Shown: piece after piece, positions 45,248-54,053 of the stretch | Numbering within the stretch: the stretch's first letter is position 1 | Layout: each line of letters begins with the position of its first letter | Assembly (NCBI GenBank): GCA_963843575.1 | Contig: CAWJKZ010000027.1 | Location: 32,001 to 96,000 of the forward strand | Direction: 5' to 3' | Origin: an uncultured Acidobacteriota bacterium | GTDB taxonomy: Bacteria > Acidobacteriota > UBA6911 | DNA length: 64,000 nt | The notes under the pieces: generated by a model | Database searches by the model: none | Told to the model about the DNA's origin: nothing | What the model saw: only the letters and a program-made list of their open reading frames with translations | Position numbers and translations under genes: made by a program

Positions 45248-46192
45248 GTGAACCGAAGAATCGTGCTCCGCGCGTCCCTGTTCGGCCTGGCCGCCGCCGC
45301 GGGCCGCGCGGGCGGGATCGGACCGGGGGCTTGGCCGCAGACCGCCGCGGATGCCCAGAAAGGGATGGACGCCGAGCGGCTCGACGACCGGATCGTGGTC
45401 AGAGTCGACGGCGAAACCTTCACGTGCTATCGCTTCGGTCCGGGTCAGAAGTATCCCTACTTCTACCCGGTGAACGGCCCGGCCTCGGGCCGCTCCGTCA
45501 CGACCGAATCCTCGCTTCCCTACCCCCATCATCGCTCCCTCTTCTTCGGCTGCGACCGGGTCAACGGCGGCAACTACTGGCAGGAGGGGAACGAGCTGGG
45601 GCAAATCGTCTCCGGAGGAGCCGTGGTGGCTACAAACGGCCCGCACGTGGTCGAGATCAGGGACAATTGCCAGTGGCGCAAACCGGGTGAAAAGCCCGTG
45701 ATCGCGGACCGTCGCGAGATCCGCATCGAGGCGCCCTCGCGCGCGCTGCGACTCATCGATTTCACGGTCACGCTGACCGCCTTGACCGAGGTCCGGATCG
45801 AACGCACGAACCATGCCCTGTTCGCCGCCCGCGTCGTCCCGGAGCTCTCGGTGAAAAACGGCGGCACCCTGGCCAACGCCGAAGGCGCCCTCTCGGAGAA
45901 AGGCACGTACGGGGTGCCGTCCGCCTGGTGCGATTATTCGGGCCGCCATTGCGGTGTCGGGGAAGGAATCGCAATATTCGATTCCCCCGCCAACCCGTGG
46001 TTCCCGTGCACGTGGTTCACCCGCGATTACGGGTTCTTCTCTCCGACCCCGATGGAATGGCTGGGTCAGGAAGGTTACCGCCTCAAGCACGGAGAAGACC
46101 TGCGGCTGCGGCATCGAGTCGTCGTGCACGCCGGCACTCAGGGGCGGGGCACAATCGCAGACCTGTTCCAGCAGTGGAAGAAAACACCCTGA
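45248..46192 (+). CDS. PmoA-like (DUF6807-type) secreted protein, not methane monooxygenase
   Basis: KYPYFYPV, PHHRSLFFG...VNGGNYW, WCDYSG, IFDSPANP, WFTRDYG. Confidence 0.8.
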   Translation: MNRRIVLRASLFGLAAAAGRAGGIGPGAWPQTAADAQKGMDAERLDDRIVVRVDGETFTCYRFGPGQKYPYFYPVNGPASGRSVTTESSLPYPHHRSLFFGCDRVNGGNYWQEGNELGQIVSGGAVVATNGPHVVEIRDNCQWRKPGEKPVIADRREIRIEAPSRALRLIDFTVTLTALTEVRIERTNHALFAARVVPELSVKNGGTLANAEGALSEKGTYGVPSAWCDYSGRHCGVGEGIAIFDSPANPWFPCTWFTRDYGFFSPTPMEWLGQEGYRLKHGEDLRLRHRVVVHAGTQGRGTIADLFQQWKKTP

Positions 46193-46208
46193 AATCTGGG
46201 AAACCGAC

Positions 46209-47207
46209 ATGAGCTGGCTCCCCATCTGCATGTGCGCCACCGTCGTCGCCTGCGCCCTCTTCCCTCGCCCGGGCGCGGCGCCGGCCGCGCGGAACCCCGG
46301 CGGAGGCCAGGCACCGCCGTTCGAGTGGTGGCGGGGTGCCGACACGGTCGCGCTCGTCAAGGACGGCAGGCCCGTCTGGCAGTTCAACTACTCGCCCGCC
46401 CTTTCGAAGCCTTGCTTCCACCCCCTGGCGCTCCCGGGCGGTTCCGATCTGACCTGGCTGAGCCCTAGGGACCACCCGCATCACCTGGCGCTCTTCTTCA
46501 GTTGGAAGTACCTGAACCGCGTCAATTACTGGGAGGAGCCCGGCGGGATTCCGGAAGGAACCACAAGGTGGTCCAACGTCGAGATTGAAACCCGTGCGGA
46601 CTTCGCGGCGCGCATCAAGCTCGCGCTTCAATATCGGCCCCGGGGAGCGACAGCCGACGTCCTCAACGAGAAACGCGCCCTTGCGATCTCGCGTCCCGCC
46701 GGGGACGGGGCTTATTCCCTCGACTGGGACATGGAGTTCACGGCCGGTCCCGCGGACGTCGTGCTCGACCGCACGCCACCGGACACCACTCCCGACGGCA
46801 ACGCGCGCGGGGGCTATGCCGGGTTGTCGATCCGGCTCGCCGCAGGTCTGTCGAGTCCGCGGGTCGCCGCCACGGCCGACACCGGGCCCCTGGCAAAGGA
46901 TCGCTACGGTTTCGCAGCCTCGGCGGCCGAATTCAACGGGGTGATCGACGGGGGGGAGGTTGGCGTCGCCATCCTCGACCACCCCTCCAACCCGCGCGCA
47001 CCCACGCGCTGGTACGGCATCATGGCCCGGTCCGTTCCCTTCTGGTACCTTAATGCCAGCCTCCTGCAACTCGAGCCCTATTCCCTGGCCGCGCACCAGC
47101 GGATGACGCTACGGTATCGCATCGTCGTGCACCCTCTGCGCTGGTCCCCCTCCCGCCTCCAGGAAGAACACGCCGGATATGCCCGGGAAAACGCCCGGAC
47201 GAAGTGA
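46209..47207 (+). CDS. Second PmoA-like (DUF6807-type) secreted protein
   Basis: KPCFHPL, DHPHHLALFFSW..LNRVNYW, GGYAGLSIR, ILDHPSNPR, LRYRIVVH. Confidence 0.8.
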   Translation: MSWLPICMCATVVACALFPRPGAAPAARNPGGGQAPPFEWWRGADTVALVKDGRPVWQFNYSPALSKPCFHPLALPGGSDLTWLSPRDHPHHLALFFSWKYLNRVNYWEEPGGIPEGTTRWSNVEIETRADFAARIKLALQYRPRGATADVLNEKRALAISRPAGDGAYSLDWDMEFTAGPADVVLDRTPPDTTPDGNARGGYAGLSIRLAAGLSSPRVAATADTGPLAKDRYGFAASAAEFNGVIDGGEVGVAILDHPSNPRAPTRWYGIMARSVPFWYLNASLLQLEPYSLAAHQRMTLRYRIVVHPLRWSPSRLQEEHAGYARENARTK

Positions 47208-47367
47208 TGGTCCAGAGGGACACAGCAGGACGCGGATCTCCACGGATGTCCAGGATTCGCGGATCATCACCAGTTAAACCTGCGTATACCCGCGCAAACC
47301 CGCGTCCTGGAAGGGGTGACCACTTGCCCCCGGCCGGAGGAAGCCGCAGCGAGGAACGATACGTCCG

Positions 47368-47394
47368 GGGCCGCGTCGGGCCGACGCGGCCCAC
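47368..47394. repeat. REP-like family C copy
   Basis: GGGCCGCGTCGGGCCGACGCGGCCCAC. Confidence 0.75.
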
Positions 47395-47450
47395 TTCGGC
47401 CGTATTGTGGTAGTGTTTACCGCGGGGACGATGGGCGCGGGAGGGAAAAG

Positions 47451-48089
47451 GTGCGCAACGCTTCGACAGTGTGGCTCCGGCCCGGGGACGCGGCCTGCCT
47501 GTTCGTGTTCGCGCACGGTGCAGGGGCGGGCATGCGTCATCCGTTCATGAAGGACGTCGCGGAACGGCTGGCCGCCCGGCGCGTGGCCACGATGCGTTAC
47601 CAGTTTCCCTACATGGAGCGGGGCAGCGGCAGACCGGATCCGCCGCGCGTCCTGATCGATACCGTGCGCGCGGCCGTCGACGAGGCGCGCCGCGCAGAGC
47701 CCGGCCTCCCCGTTTTCGCCGGCGGGAAGTCGATGGGCGGGCGGATGACCTCGCTAGCGGCCGCACAGGAACCCCTGCCCGGGGTGCGCGGCCTGGTGTT
47801 TCTGGGCTTCCCTCTGCATGCCCCGGGAAAGCCTTCGGCGGACCGCGGGGCGTACCTCGGGAGTGTCGGACTGCCGATGCTCTTCCTGCAAGGGACGCGC
47901 GACAAGCTCGCGGACCTCGGCCTGCTCCGGCCCTTGTGCAACGGGCTGGGTGCGCAGGCCCGTCTGCATGTCTTCGAGGGAGCGGATCACTCCTTCCATG
48001 TCCCCAAGCGGTCCACCCCGGGCGACTTCGACATTCTCGACGAACTCGCGCGCGTCGTCTCGCACTGGGCGACCGCGGTCACTGGATAG
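47451..48089 (+). CDS. Alpha/beta hydrolase (KANL3/Tex30-like)
   Basis: AHGAGAGM, GGKSMGGR, LGFPLH, QGTRD, ADHSF. Confidence 0.9.
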   Translation: MRNASTVWLRPGDAACLFVFAHGAGAGMRHPFMKDVAERLAARRVATMRYQFPYMERGSGRPDPPRVLIDTVRAAVDEARRAEPGLPVFAGGKSMGGRMTSLAAAQEPLPGVRGLVFLGFPLHAPGKPSADRGAYLGSVGLPMLFLQGTRDKLADLGLLRPLCNGLGAQARLHVFEGADHSFHVPKRSTPGDFDILDELARVVSHWATAVTG

Positions 48090-48134
48090 TCCGGCGCCCC
48101 ACCCGGGGGTTGCCGCACATGGAGGTTGGGAAAG

Positions 48135-49565
48135 ATGGACTCTGCAACGTTCCGCAGCCTGGGGCACGAACTTGTGGACTGGGTGGCCGATTATCGGGAG
48201 CGGCTGGAGTGCCTGCCCGTAATGAGTCAGGTGCGGCCGGGCGAGATCCGGGCCCGCCTGCCCCAGGATCCGCCCATCCAGGGAGGAGGACTGGCCGAGG
48301 CCGTGCGTGCCCTGGACACGGACATCCTCCCGGGCATCACGCACTGGAACCACCCTTCTTTTTTCGCCTATTTCCCCAGCAACACCAGCTACTCTTCGAT
48401 CCTGGCGGACCTCGTCGCCTCCGGCCTCGGGGTGCAGGGAATGAGCTGGCAGACCAGCCCAGCGGCCACGGAGGTCGAGGAGATCGTCATGGAGTGGCTG
48501 CGCCGGATGGTGGCGCTCCCGCCGGCCTGGACCGGGGTCGTGCACGACACGGCGAGCACGGCGACGTTGTGCGCCCTGCTCTGCGCCCGCGAAAAGATCT
48601 CCGGGTTCGCGCAGAACGGCCCCGGCCTCCAGTCCGGGGAAGCCCCGATGGTCGTCTACGCGTCCAACCAGAGTCACAGCTCCATCGAGAAAGGGACGCT
48701 GCTGGCTGGCTTCGGCAGGAATCACCTCCGTCTCATCGACACCGACGGCGCCCACGCGCTCCGGCTCGACCTGCTGGAACAGGCCGTGCAAGTGGACCTC
48801 GCGGCGGGGTTGCGTCCCGCGGCCGTGGTCGCGGCCGTCGGCACCACCGCCACAACCGCGCTCGACCCCCTGAAGGGGATTGCCGCGCTGGCGCAGAAGC
48901 ACGGGATGTGGCTGCACGTGGACGCGGCCATGGCGGGCACCGCCATGGTCCTCCCCGAGTGTCGCTGGATGTGGGAGGGCATCGAGGAAGCCGACAGCGT
49001 CGTGTTTAATCCCCACAAATGGATGGGGGTCGGCTTCGACTTCAGCGCCTACTTCGTCAGGGACCCGCAGCACCTCGTACGGGTGATGAGCACCAACCCC
49101 AGCTATTTGCAGACTGCCCAGGACGGCCAGGTGAAGAACTACCGGGACTGGCACATCCAGCTGGGCCGCCGGTTCCGTTCGCTCAAGCTGCTCTTCTTCC
49201 TGATGGACGTGGGCGTCGAGGGGCTGCAGGCACGCATACGCCGGGATCTCGACAACGCACGCTGGCTCCGCGACCAGGCCGCGCCCGACCCGGAGTGGGA
49301 GCTGATGGCCCCGGTGCCCCTGCAAACCGTCTGTTTGCGCCACGTCCCCGCGCGGCTGCGCGGGGACGAGCCGGGGCTCACCCGCCACAACCGGGACATC
49401 GCCCTGCGGGTCAACGACAGCGGCCGGGCCTACCTGACCACCTCCGAATTGAAGGGGCGGCAAATTCTCCGGGTAAGCATCGGGGCCGAAGCGACCGAGC
49501 GCAGGCATGTTGCGGCCCTCTGGACGGCGCTCCGCGAGGCGGCGCGGCCGGCGGCGGCATCGTGA
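48135..49565 (+). CDS. PLP-dependent group II (aromatic-L-amino-acid-type) decarboxylase
   Basis: GITHWNHP, SPAATEVE, HSSIEKG, WLHVDAA, NPHKW, LGRRFRSLK. Confidence 0.93.
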   Translation: MDSATFRSLGHELVDWVADYRERLECLPVMSQVRPGEIRARLPQDPPIQGGGLAEAVRALDTDILPGITHWNHPSFFAYFPSNTSYSSILADLVASGLGVQGMSWQTSPAATEVEEIVMEWLRRMVALPPAWTGVVHDTASTATLCALLCAREKISGFAQNGPGLQSGEAPMVVYASNQSHSSIEKGTLLAGFGRNHLRLIDTDGAHALRLDLLEQAVQVDLAAGLRPAAVVAAVGTTATTALDPLKGIAALAQKHGMWLHVDAAMAGTAMVLPECRWMWEGIEEADSVVFNPHKWMGVGFDFSAYFVRDPQHLVRVMSTNPSYLQTAQDGQVKNYRDWHIQLGRRFRSLKLLFFLMDVGVEGLQARIRRDLDNARWLRDQAAPDPEWELMAPVPLQTVCLRHVPARLRGDEPGLTRHNRDIALRVNDSGRAYLTTSELKGRQILRVSIGAEATERRHVAALWTALREAARPAAAS

Positions 49566-49635
49566 GCCGGCTTGCGCGGACCGCAACCGCCCGCGGGTGT
49601 GCTAGAATCGGCTGGAGATCCGAGAGGTATCCGCA

Positions 49636-51234
49636 TTGACGAACCAGTTCAGGACCGCGCTCGAGAAGGGTGAGTTTGTCTACACGGCAGAACTGGTGCT
49701 CGGCAGGGACCACTCGGTGCCGGAGGCCGAGGAGTTCGTCCGCGCCGCGGCACGGGAGCCGCGAGGCGTGCGGATCGTCAGCGTCACCGATCTCCCCGGC
49801 GGGAACCCAGCCCTACCACCCGAGGCGTTCGTCCCCTTCCTCCTAAAAAACGGCCTCACCCCCATCGCGCACCTGACAGGCAAGGACGGCAACCGGGCCG
49901 CAATCGAGAGCCGTCTCCACGCGCTGGCGCGCCTGGGGGTCGACAACATCCTAGCCCTGACGGGCGATGCGCCGCGCAGCGGGTTCCTGGGCAGACCGAA
50001 GCCGGTCTTCGATCTCGATTCCGTCCTGATCCTCCGGCTCATCCAGGCCATGGGCTCCGGGATCCGATTCGAGGTCGGTTCCAGGACGGCACAGACCACA
50101 CCCTTCGAGTTCTTCGCCGGCGCCGTGGTCAATCCCTTCAAAGGACGGCAACCCGACCTCATGATGCAGCTCTACAAGCTGGAGCTGAAGATCAGGGCGG
50201 GCGCCGCGTTCGTCATCCCGCAGATCGGGTACAACCTCCGCAAGTTATACGAGGCCAGGCAGTACATGATGCGGGAAGGGCTTGCAGTGCCCGTCCTCGC
50301 CAACGTGTACGTCCCGACGGCCGCCATCGCACGCCGGATGAAGGAGGGTGAGATCCCAGGCTGTGCCGTCGGCGATGCGCTCATCCGCCGGCTGGAGGGG
50401 GAAAAGAAGCCGCAGCGGCTGGAACGGGCGGCCCTGATGGTCGCAGCCGCCAGGACGCTGGGCTTTGCCGGGGCGCACATCGGGGGGTTCGGGCTCAGCC
50501 ACGGCGATTTCCTCCACATCATCGACCGCTCGCTCGAGATCGGGCCCGACTGGAAAGGCCGCATCGACGAACTCCTGTTCGAGACGACGCCCGACGAATT
50601 CTATCTCCTCCCGGCGGCGGCCGACGGTCTCAGTGACGGCGCGGGACGGTATCGGCTCCCGGCCCTCCCCGCGCCCACCTTGAACGCCCGGGTCGGTGAC
50701 CTGGTCCACCGGCACCTGATCGACCCCAGCTCGGCTCCAGCCAGGTTCCTCTCCCGCCGGTTCGGCGGGCGCGAGGGGAACGGCGCGGGCTGGAGGACCG
50801 GTTTCTGGTACCGGATGCTCGGCCTGGCGACCCTTTACCGCAAGGCGGCCCTGGGCTGCGCTGGGTGCGGCGACTGCGTTCAGGACCACCTCGGTTACGC
50901 GGGCTGCTCGATGCGCTGGTGCTACAAGAACCTGCGCAACGGCCCGTGCGGCGGCTCGCGCCCCGACGGCTCGTGTGAGGCCGTCCCGGAAAACCCCTGC
51001 ATATGGAACCGGGTCTACCTGAACACGCTCGGGCTGAAGCGCGACCCCGGCAAATTCGCCTCCACCCTCGTCCCGCCGCGCGACTGGGGCCTGGACCACA
51101 CCAACGCGCTCGCCAACCGGTTCGCCGGCATCGACAACCTCGAGCGCCGGGCCAGGCTGGAGGCACCGGGGACAGAACACCGGGAAGACGACCGGAGTGA
51201 ACTCGACGGGGCGGATGAAACCCGCCCCCGCTAA
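49636..51234 (+). CDS. metF: Methylenetetrahydrofolate reductase fused to a C-terminal MetV-like Cys-rich domain
   Basis: SVTDLPGGNP, HLTGKDGNR, LALTGD, FDLDSV, KIRAGA.F.IPQ; C-terminal CAGCGDC...C..WC.KNLRNGPCGGS...CE...CIW. Confidence 0.88.
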   Translation: MTNQFRTALEKGEFVYTAELVLGRDHSVPEAEEFVRAAAREPRGVRIVSVTDLPGGNPALPPEAFVPFLLKNGLTPIAHLTGKDGNRAAIESRLHALARLGVDNILALTGDAPRSGFLGRPKPVFDLDSVLILRLIQAMGSGIRFEVGSRTAQTTPFEFFAGAVVNPFKGRQPDLMMQLYKLELKIRAGAAFVIPQIGYNLRKLYEARQYMMREGLAVPVLANVYVPTAAIARRMKEGEIPGCAVGDALIRRLEGEKKPQRLERAALMVAAARTLGFAGAHIGGFGLSHGDFLHIIDRSLEIGPDWKGRIDELLFETTPDEFYLLPAAADGLSDGAGRYRLPALPAPTLNARVGDLVHRHLIDPSSAPARFLSRRFGGREGNGAGWRTGFWYRMLGLATLYRKAALGCAGCGDCVQDHLGYAGCSMRWCYKNLRNGPCGGSRPDGSCEAVPENPCIWNRVYLNTLGLKRDPGKFASTLVPPRDWGLDHTNALANRFAGIDNLERRARLEAPGTEHREDDRSELDGADETRPR

Positions 51235-51249
51235 CGCGGAGGTCTCACC

Positions 51250-52053
51250 ATGCTCGTCATAGGCGAGCGCATCAACGCGACGCGCAAACGCATCCGGGAA
51301 GCGGTGCTTGCCGGTAACGCGGATCTGATCAAAGAAGAAGCGCGCAGGCAGGTCGAAGCCGGCGCCCACATGCTCGACGTCAACGGAGGCATCGAGGGGA
51401 GGGAGCCGGAACTGTTGAAGTGGCTCGTCGGCATCGTCCAGGGCGTGACGGACGTGCCGCTGTGCCTCGACAGCGCCGACCCGGACGCGCTGCGCCAGGC
51501 CCTGCCGCTGTGCCGCGGCCAGGCGATGATCAACTCGGTCACCGACGAAGACGCCCGCTGCGCGGCCCTTCTGCCGGTGATCCTGGAAGCGCGCACGAAG
51601 GTGGTCGCCCTCTGCATGTCCGCCTCCGGGCCGCCATCGGGCGTGGACGACCGCGTGACCACCGCCGTCCGCCTGGTCGACAGGCTCACCTCCGCGGGCG
51701 TTCCGCCGCAGGACATCTACGTCGATCCCTGCGTGTTTCCCACAAGCACCGGGGGTGCGCATGGCCCCGCGCTGCTGGAGGCCGTTGGCCGGATCAGGGC
51801 ACTCTGCCCCGAGGTCCACACGACCTGCGGGGTGAGCAACGTCTCGTTCGGGCTACCGGCGCGGAAGCTGCTGAACGAGGTCTTCCTCATGATGCTGCTC
51901 GGGCGCGGCCTCGACGCCGCCATCATCGACCCGTGCGACACCGGACTGATGGCCCGCGTAACCGCCGCCGAAGCCCTTATCGGGCGCGACGATTTCTGCG
52001 AAGCCTACCTGCTCTCCTACCGCGCCGGCAAGCTCGGGGAGGTCTCCAGGTAA
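51250..52053 (+). CDS. acsE: Methyltetrahydrofolate:corrinoid methyltransferase (pterin-binding, AcsE-like)
   Basis: VIGERINATRK, LDVNGG, PLCLDS, MINS, YVDP, GVSNVSFGLP.R.LLN, GLDAAIIDP. Confidence 0.82.
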   Translation: MLVIGERINATRKRIREAVLAGNADLIKEEARRQVEAGAHMLDVNGGIEGREPELLKWLVGIVQGVTDVPLCLDSADPDALRQALPLCRGQAMINSVTDEDARCAALLPVILEARTKVVALCMSASGPPSGVDDRVTTAVRLVDRLTSAGVPPQDIYVDPCVFPTSTGGAHGPALLEAVGRIRALCPEVHTTCGVSNVSFGLPARKLLNEVFLMMLLGRGLDAAIIDPCDTGLMARVTAAEALIGRDDFCEAYLLSYRAGKLGEVSR

Positions 52054-52323
52054 GGACCGCACTGGCCGTCGCGCGCGCCTCCTCTTTTTTGCTGACTCGG
52101 TTTTGGCACTCCTGCTATGCTCTCGCATCACCCTGTTTACCCTCTGTCGCATGCACCTCTCAGGGCGCGCCGGTCACGGTCCCGCCTGGGGCCGCATCTA
52201 CCGAAGTACCAGGGTGCTTGCCGCGCCGACACCGTCAGGCTTCAGGTTGGCGTGGTGGCACGCAATGCCGCGATTTCGGGGTTGCGCCGAGGCGCCGGGC
52301 ATCTCGGCCGCAGGGCAAGAGAG

Positions 52324-52347
52324 AGCGGCGTCAAGGCGCCGCACTCC
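52324..52347. repeat. REP-like family A copy
   Basis: AGCGGCGTCAAGGCGCCGCACTCC. Confidence 0.6.
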
Positions 52348-52409
52348 GGATTGCGGACCCAAGAACTGGAGGAACCGCCCGGGGCGCCGCGTCGGCAATC
52401 GGAATCGTC

Positions 52410-53918
52410 ATGGTCAACAAAATAAGCTACAAGCTCATCCTGGCCGTGGGCGGCGTGGCGCTTGTCATCGTAAGCGCCTACGCCTTCGTGACCCTCAGGG
52501 CCCATCACGCGCAGCTTATCAGCGAGTTGCGCCGTAGCGCGAATCAGCTCAGCGAGACGATCAAGAGCAGTACCCGATACGACATGCTGTTGAACCAGCG
52601 GGAATCCGTGCACCGCATCATCAACACCATCGGCACACAGGAGGGCATTCAGAAGGTCCGCATTTTCAACAAAGAGGGGGCGATCATCGTCTCGACGGAT
52701 TCGGCCGACATCGGCCGGATGGTGGACAAGAATGCGGAGGCCTGTTACGTCTGCCACGCGGCGAATCAGCCTATCGAGAGACTGGGGATACCGGATCGCA
52801 CCCGCATTTTTCAGCCCGCGGGCGGCGATCGGATCCTGAGCATCATCAACCCCATCTACAACGAGCCGACCTGCTGGCAGAGCGACTGCCACGCACACGA
52901 CCCCGCCAAGAAGGTGCTGGGCGTGCTGGATATATCGATGTCGCTGCGCGACGTGGACCGTGAAACGAGGGCCAGCGAGAACCGCCTGGTGCTGTTCGGC
53001 CTCGGAGCCATCGCCGCCGTAAGCCTGATCATTTACCTGTTGGTCGACCAGATCGTGCTCAAACCGGTGCACAAGATCGTGGACGCGACCCGCAAAGTGG
53101 CCGCCGGCGACCTCCACTACAAGATTGCCCTCGAGAAGCGGGACGAGATCGGTCAACTGGCGAGTTCCTTCAACGAGATGACGCAAAAACTCGCGGAAGC
53201 GCAGCGCCAGGTCTATCAGTCGCAAAAGCTCGCGGCCGTCGGCCAACTGGCCGCGGGAGTTGCGCACGAAATCAACAACCCCCTCACAGGGGTGCTGAGT
53301 TACAGCAGTTTTCTGCTCAAGCGCGCACAGGACAAGCCCGAGTTCAAGGAGGACCTGGAGGTGATCGTGCGCGAGACCAAGCGGTGCCGCGGAATCGTGC
53401 AGGGTCTGCTCGACTTCGCGCGCCAGTCGCCGCCGGAAAAACACGAGAGCGACATAACAGATATTTTCGAGCGCGCGCTCCGCATCGTGCAAACCCAGAT
53501 CGACCCGCTTCGCGTCGAGCTGAAGAAGGACATCCGCGACGACCTGCCCAAGATCTACGCGGACGCCAATCAAATCCAGCAGGTCCTGGTCAACCTGCTG
53601 CTCAACGCCAACGACGCCATGGCCGCGGACGGCGGTACCCTTTCGGTCTCCGCCCGTCTCGCGGGGGACGGGGGCGTTGCGGCTGCACAGTCCGGGAAGA
53701 TCGAGATCCGCGTGAGCGACACCGGGTGCGGCATAGCGCCCGAAAACCTGCAGAAGATCTTCGATCCATTTTTCTCGACCAAAGGGCCAAAGGGGACCGG
53801 CCTCGGGCTGGCGGTGGCGTGGGGCATCGTGGAAAAACACAACGGACGAATCGAAGCCGAGAGCGAATTGGGCAAGGGGACAACCTTTCGGGTTGTGCTG
53901 CCGATAGGCAGGGGCTAG
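52410..53918 (+). CDS. Membrane sensor histidine kinase with periplasmic heme-c motifs, HAMP, HisKA, HATPase
   Basis: Two TM segments flank CYVCH and CWQSDCHAH; AHEINNPL, NLLLNA, DTGCG, GTGLGL. Confidence 0.93.
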   Translation: MVNKISYKLILAVGGVALVIVSAYAFVTLRAHHAQLISELRRSANQLSETIKSSTRYDMLLNQRESVHRIINTIGTQEGIQKVRIFNKEGAIIVSTDSADIGRMVDKNAEACYVCHAANQPIERLGIPDRTRIFQPAGGDRILSIINPIYNEPTCWQSDCHAHDPAKKVLGVLDISMSLRDVDRETRASENRLVLFGLGAIAAVSLIIYLLVDQIVLKPVHKIVDATRKVAAGDLHYKIALEKRDEIGQLASSFNEMTQKLAEAQRQVYQSQKLAAVGQLAAGVAHEINNPLTGVLSYSSFLLKRAQDKPEFKEDLEVIVRETKRCRGIVQGLLDFARQSPPEKHESDITDIFERALRIVQTQIDPLRVELKKDIRDDLPKIYADANQIQQVLVNLLLNANDAMAADGGTLSVSARLAGDGGVAAAQSGKIEIRVSDTGCGIAPENLQKIFDPFFSTKGPKGTGLGLAVAWGIVEKHNGRIEAESELGKGTTFRVVLPIGRG

Positions 53919-54053
53919 GCATAGACTTTGCGGCCGGCGACGAGCGCTTTCCTGGATCGTGCCCCGACGGTATCCTCGCGTGGACCGTTCGGCGCGCCGT
54001 CGTGCGGACCTCATCCATGGCCGGCGGTTGTCCGGCTTCGTAGAGGCTGAGAG

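Noticed and set aside
45248-47207. Particulate methane monooxygenase
   Set aside because: These are soluble secreted proteins of the misnamed PmoA-like family; there is no pmoC/pmoB and no polytopic membrane profile.
52103-52272. Sigma54 promoters at TGGCAC sites
   Set aside because: Neither site has the GG-N10-GC spacing.
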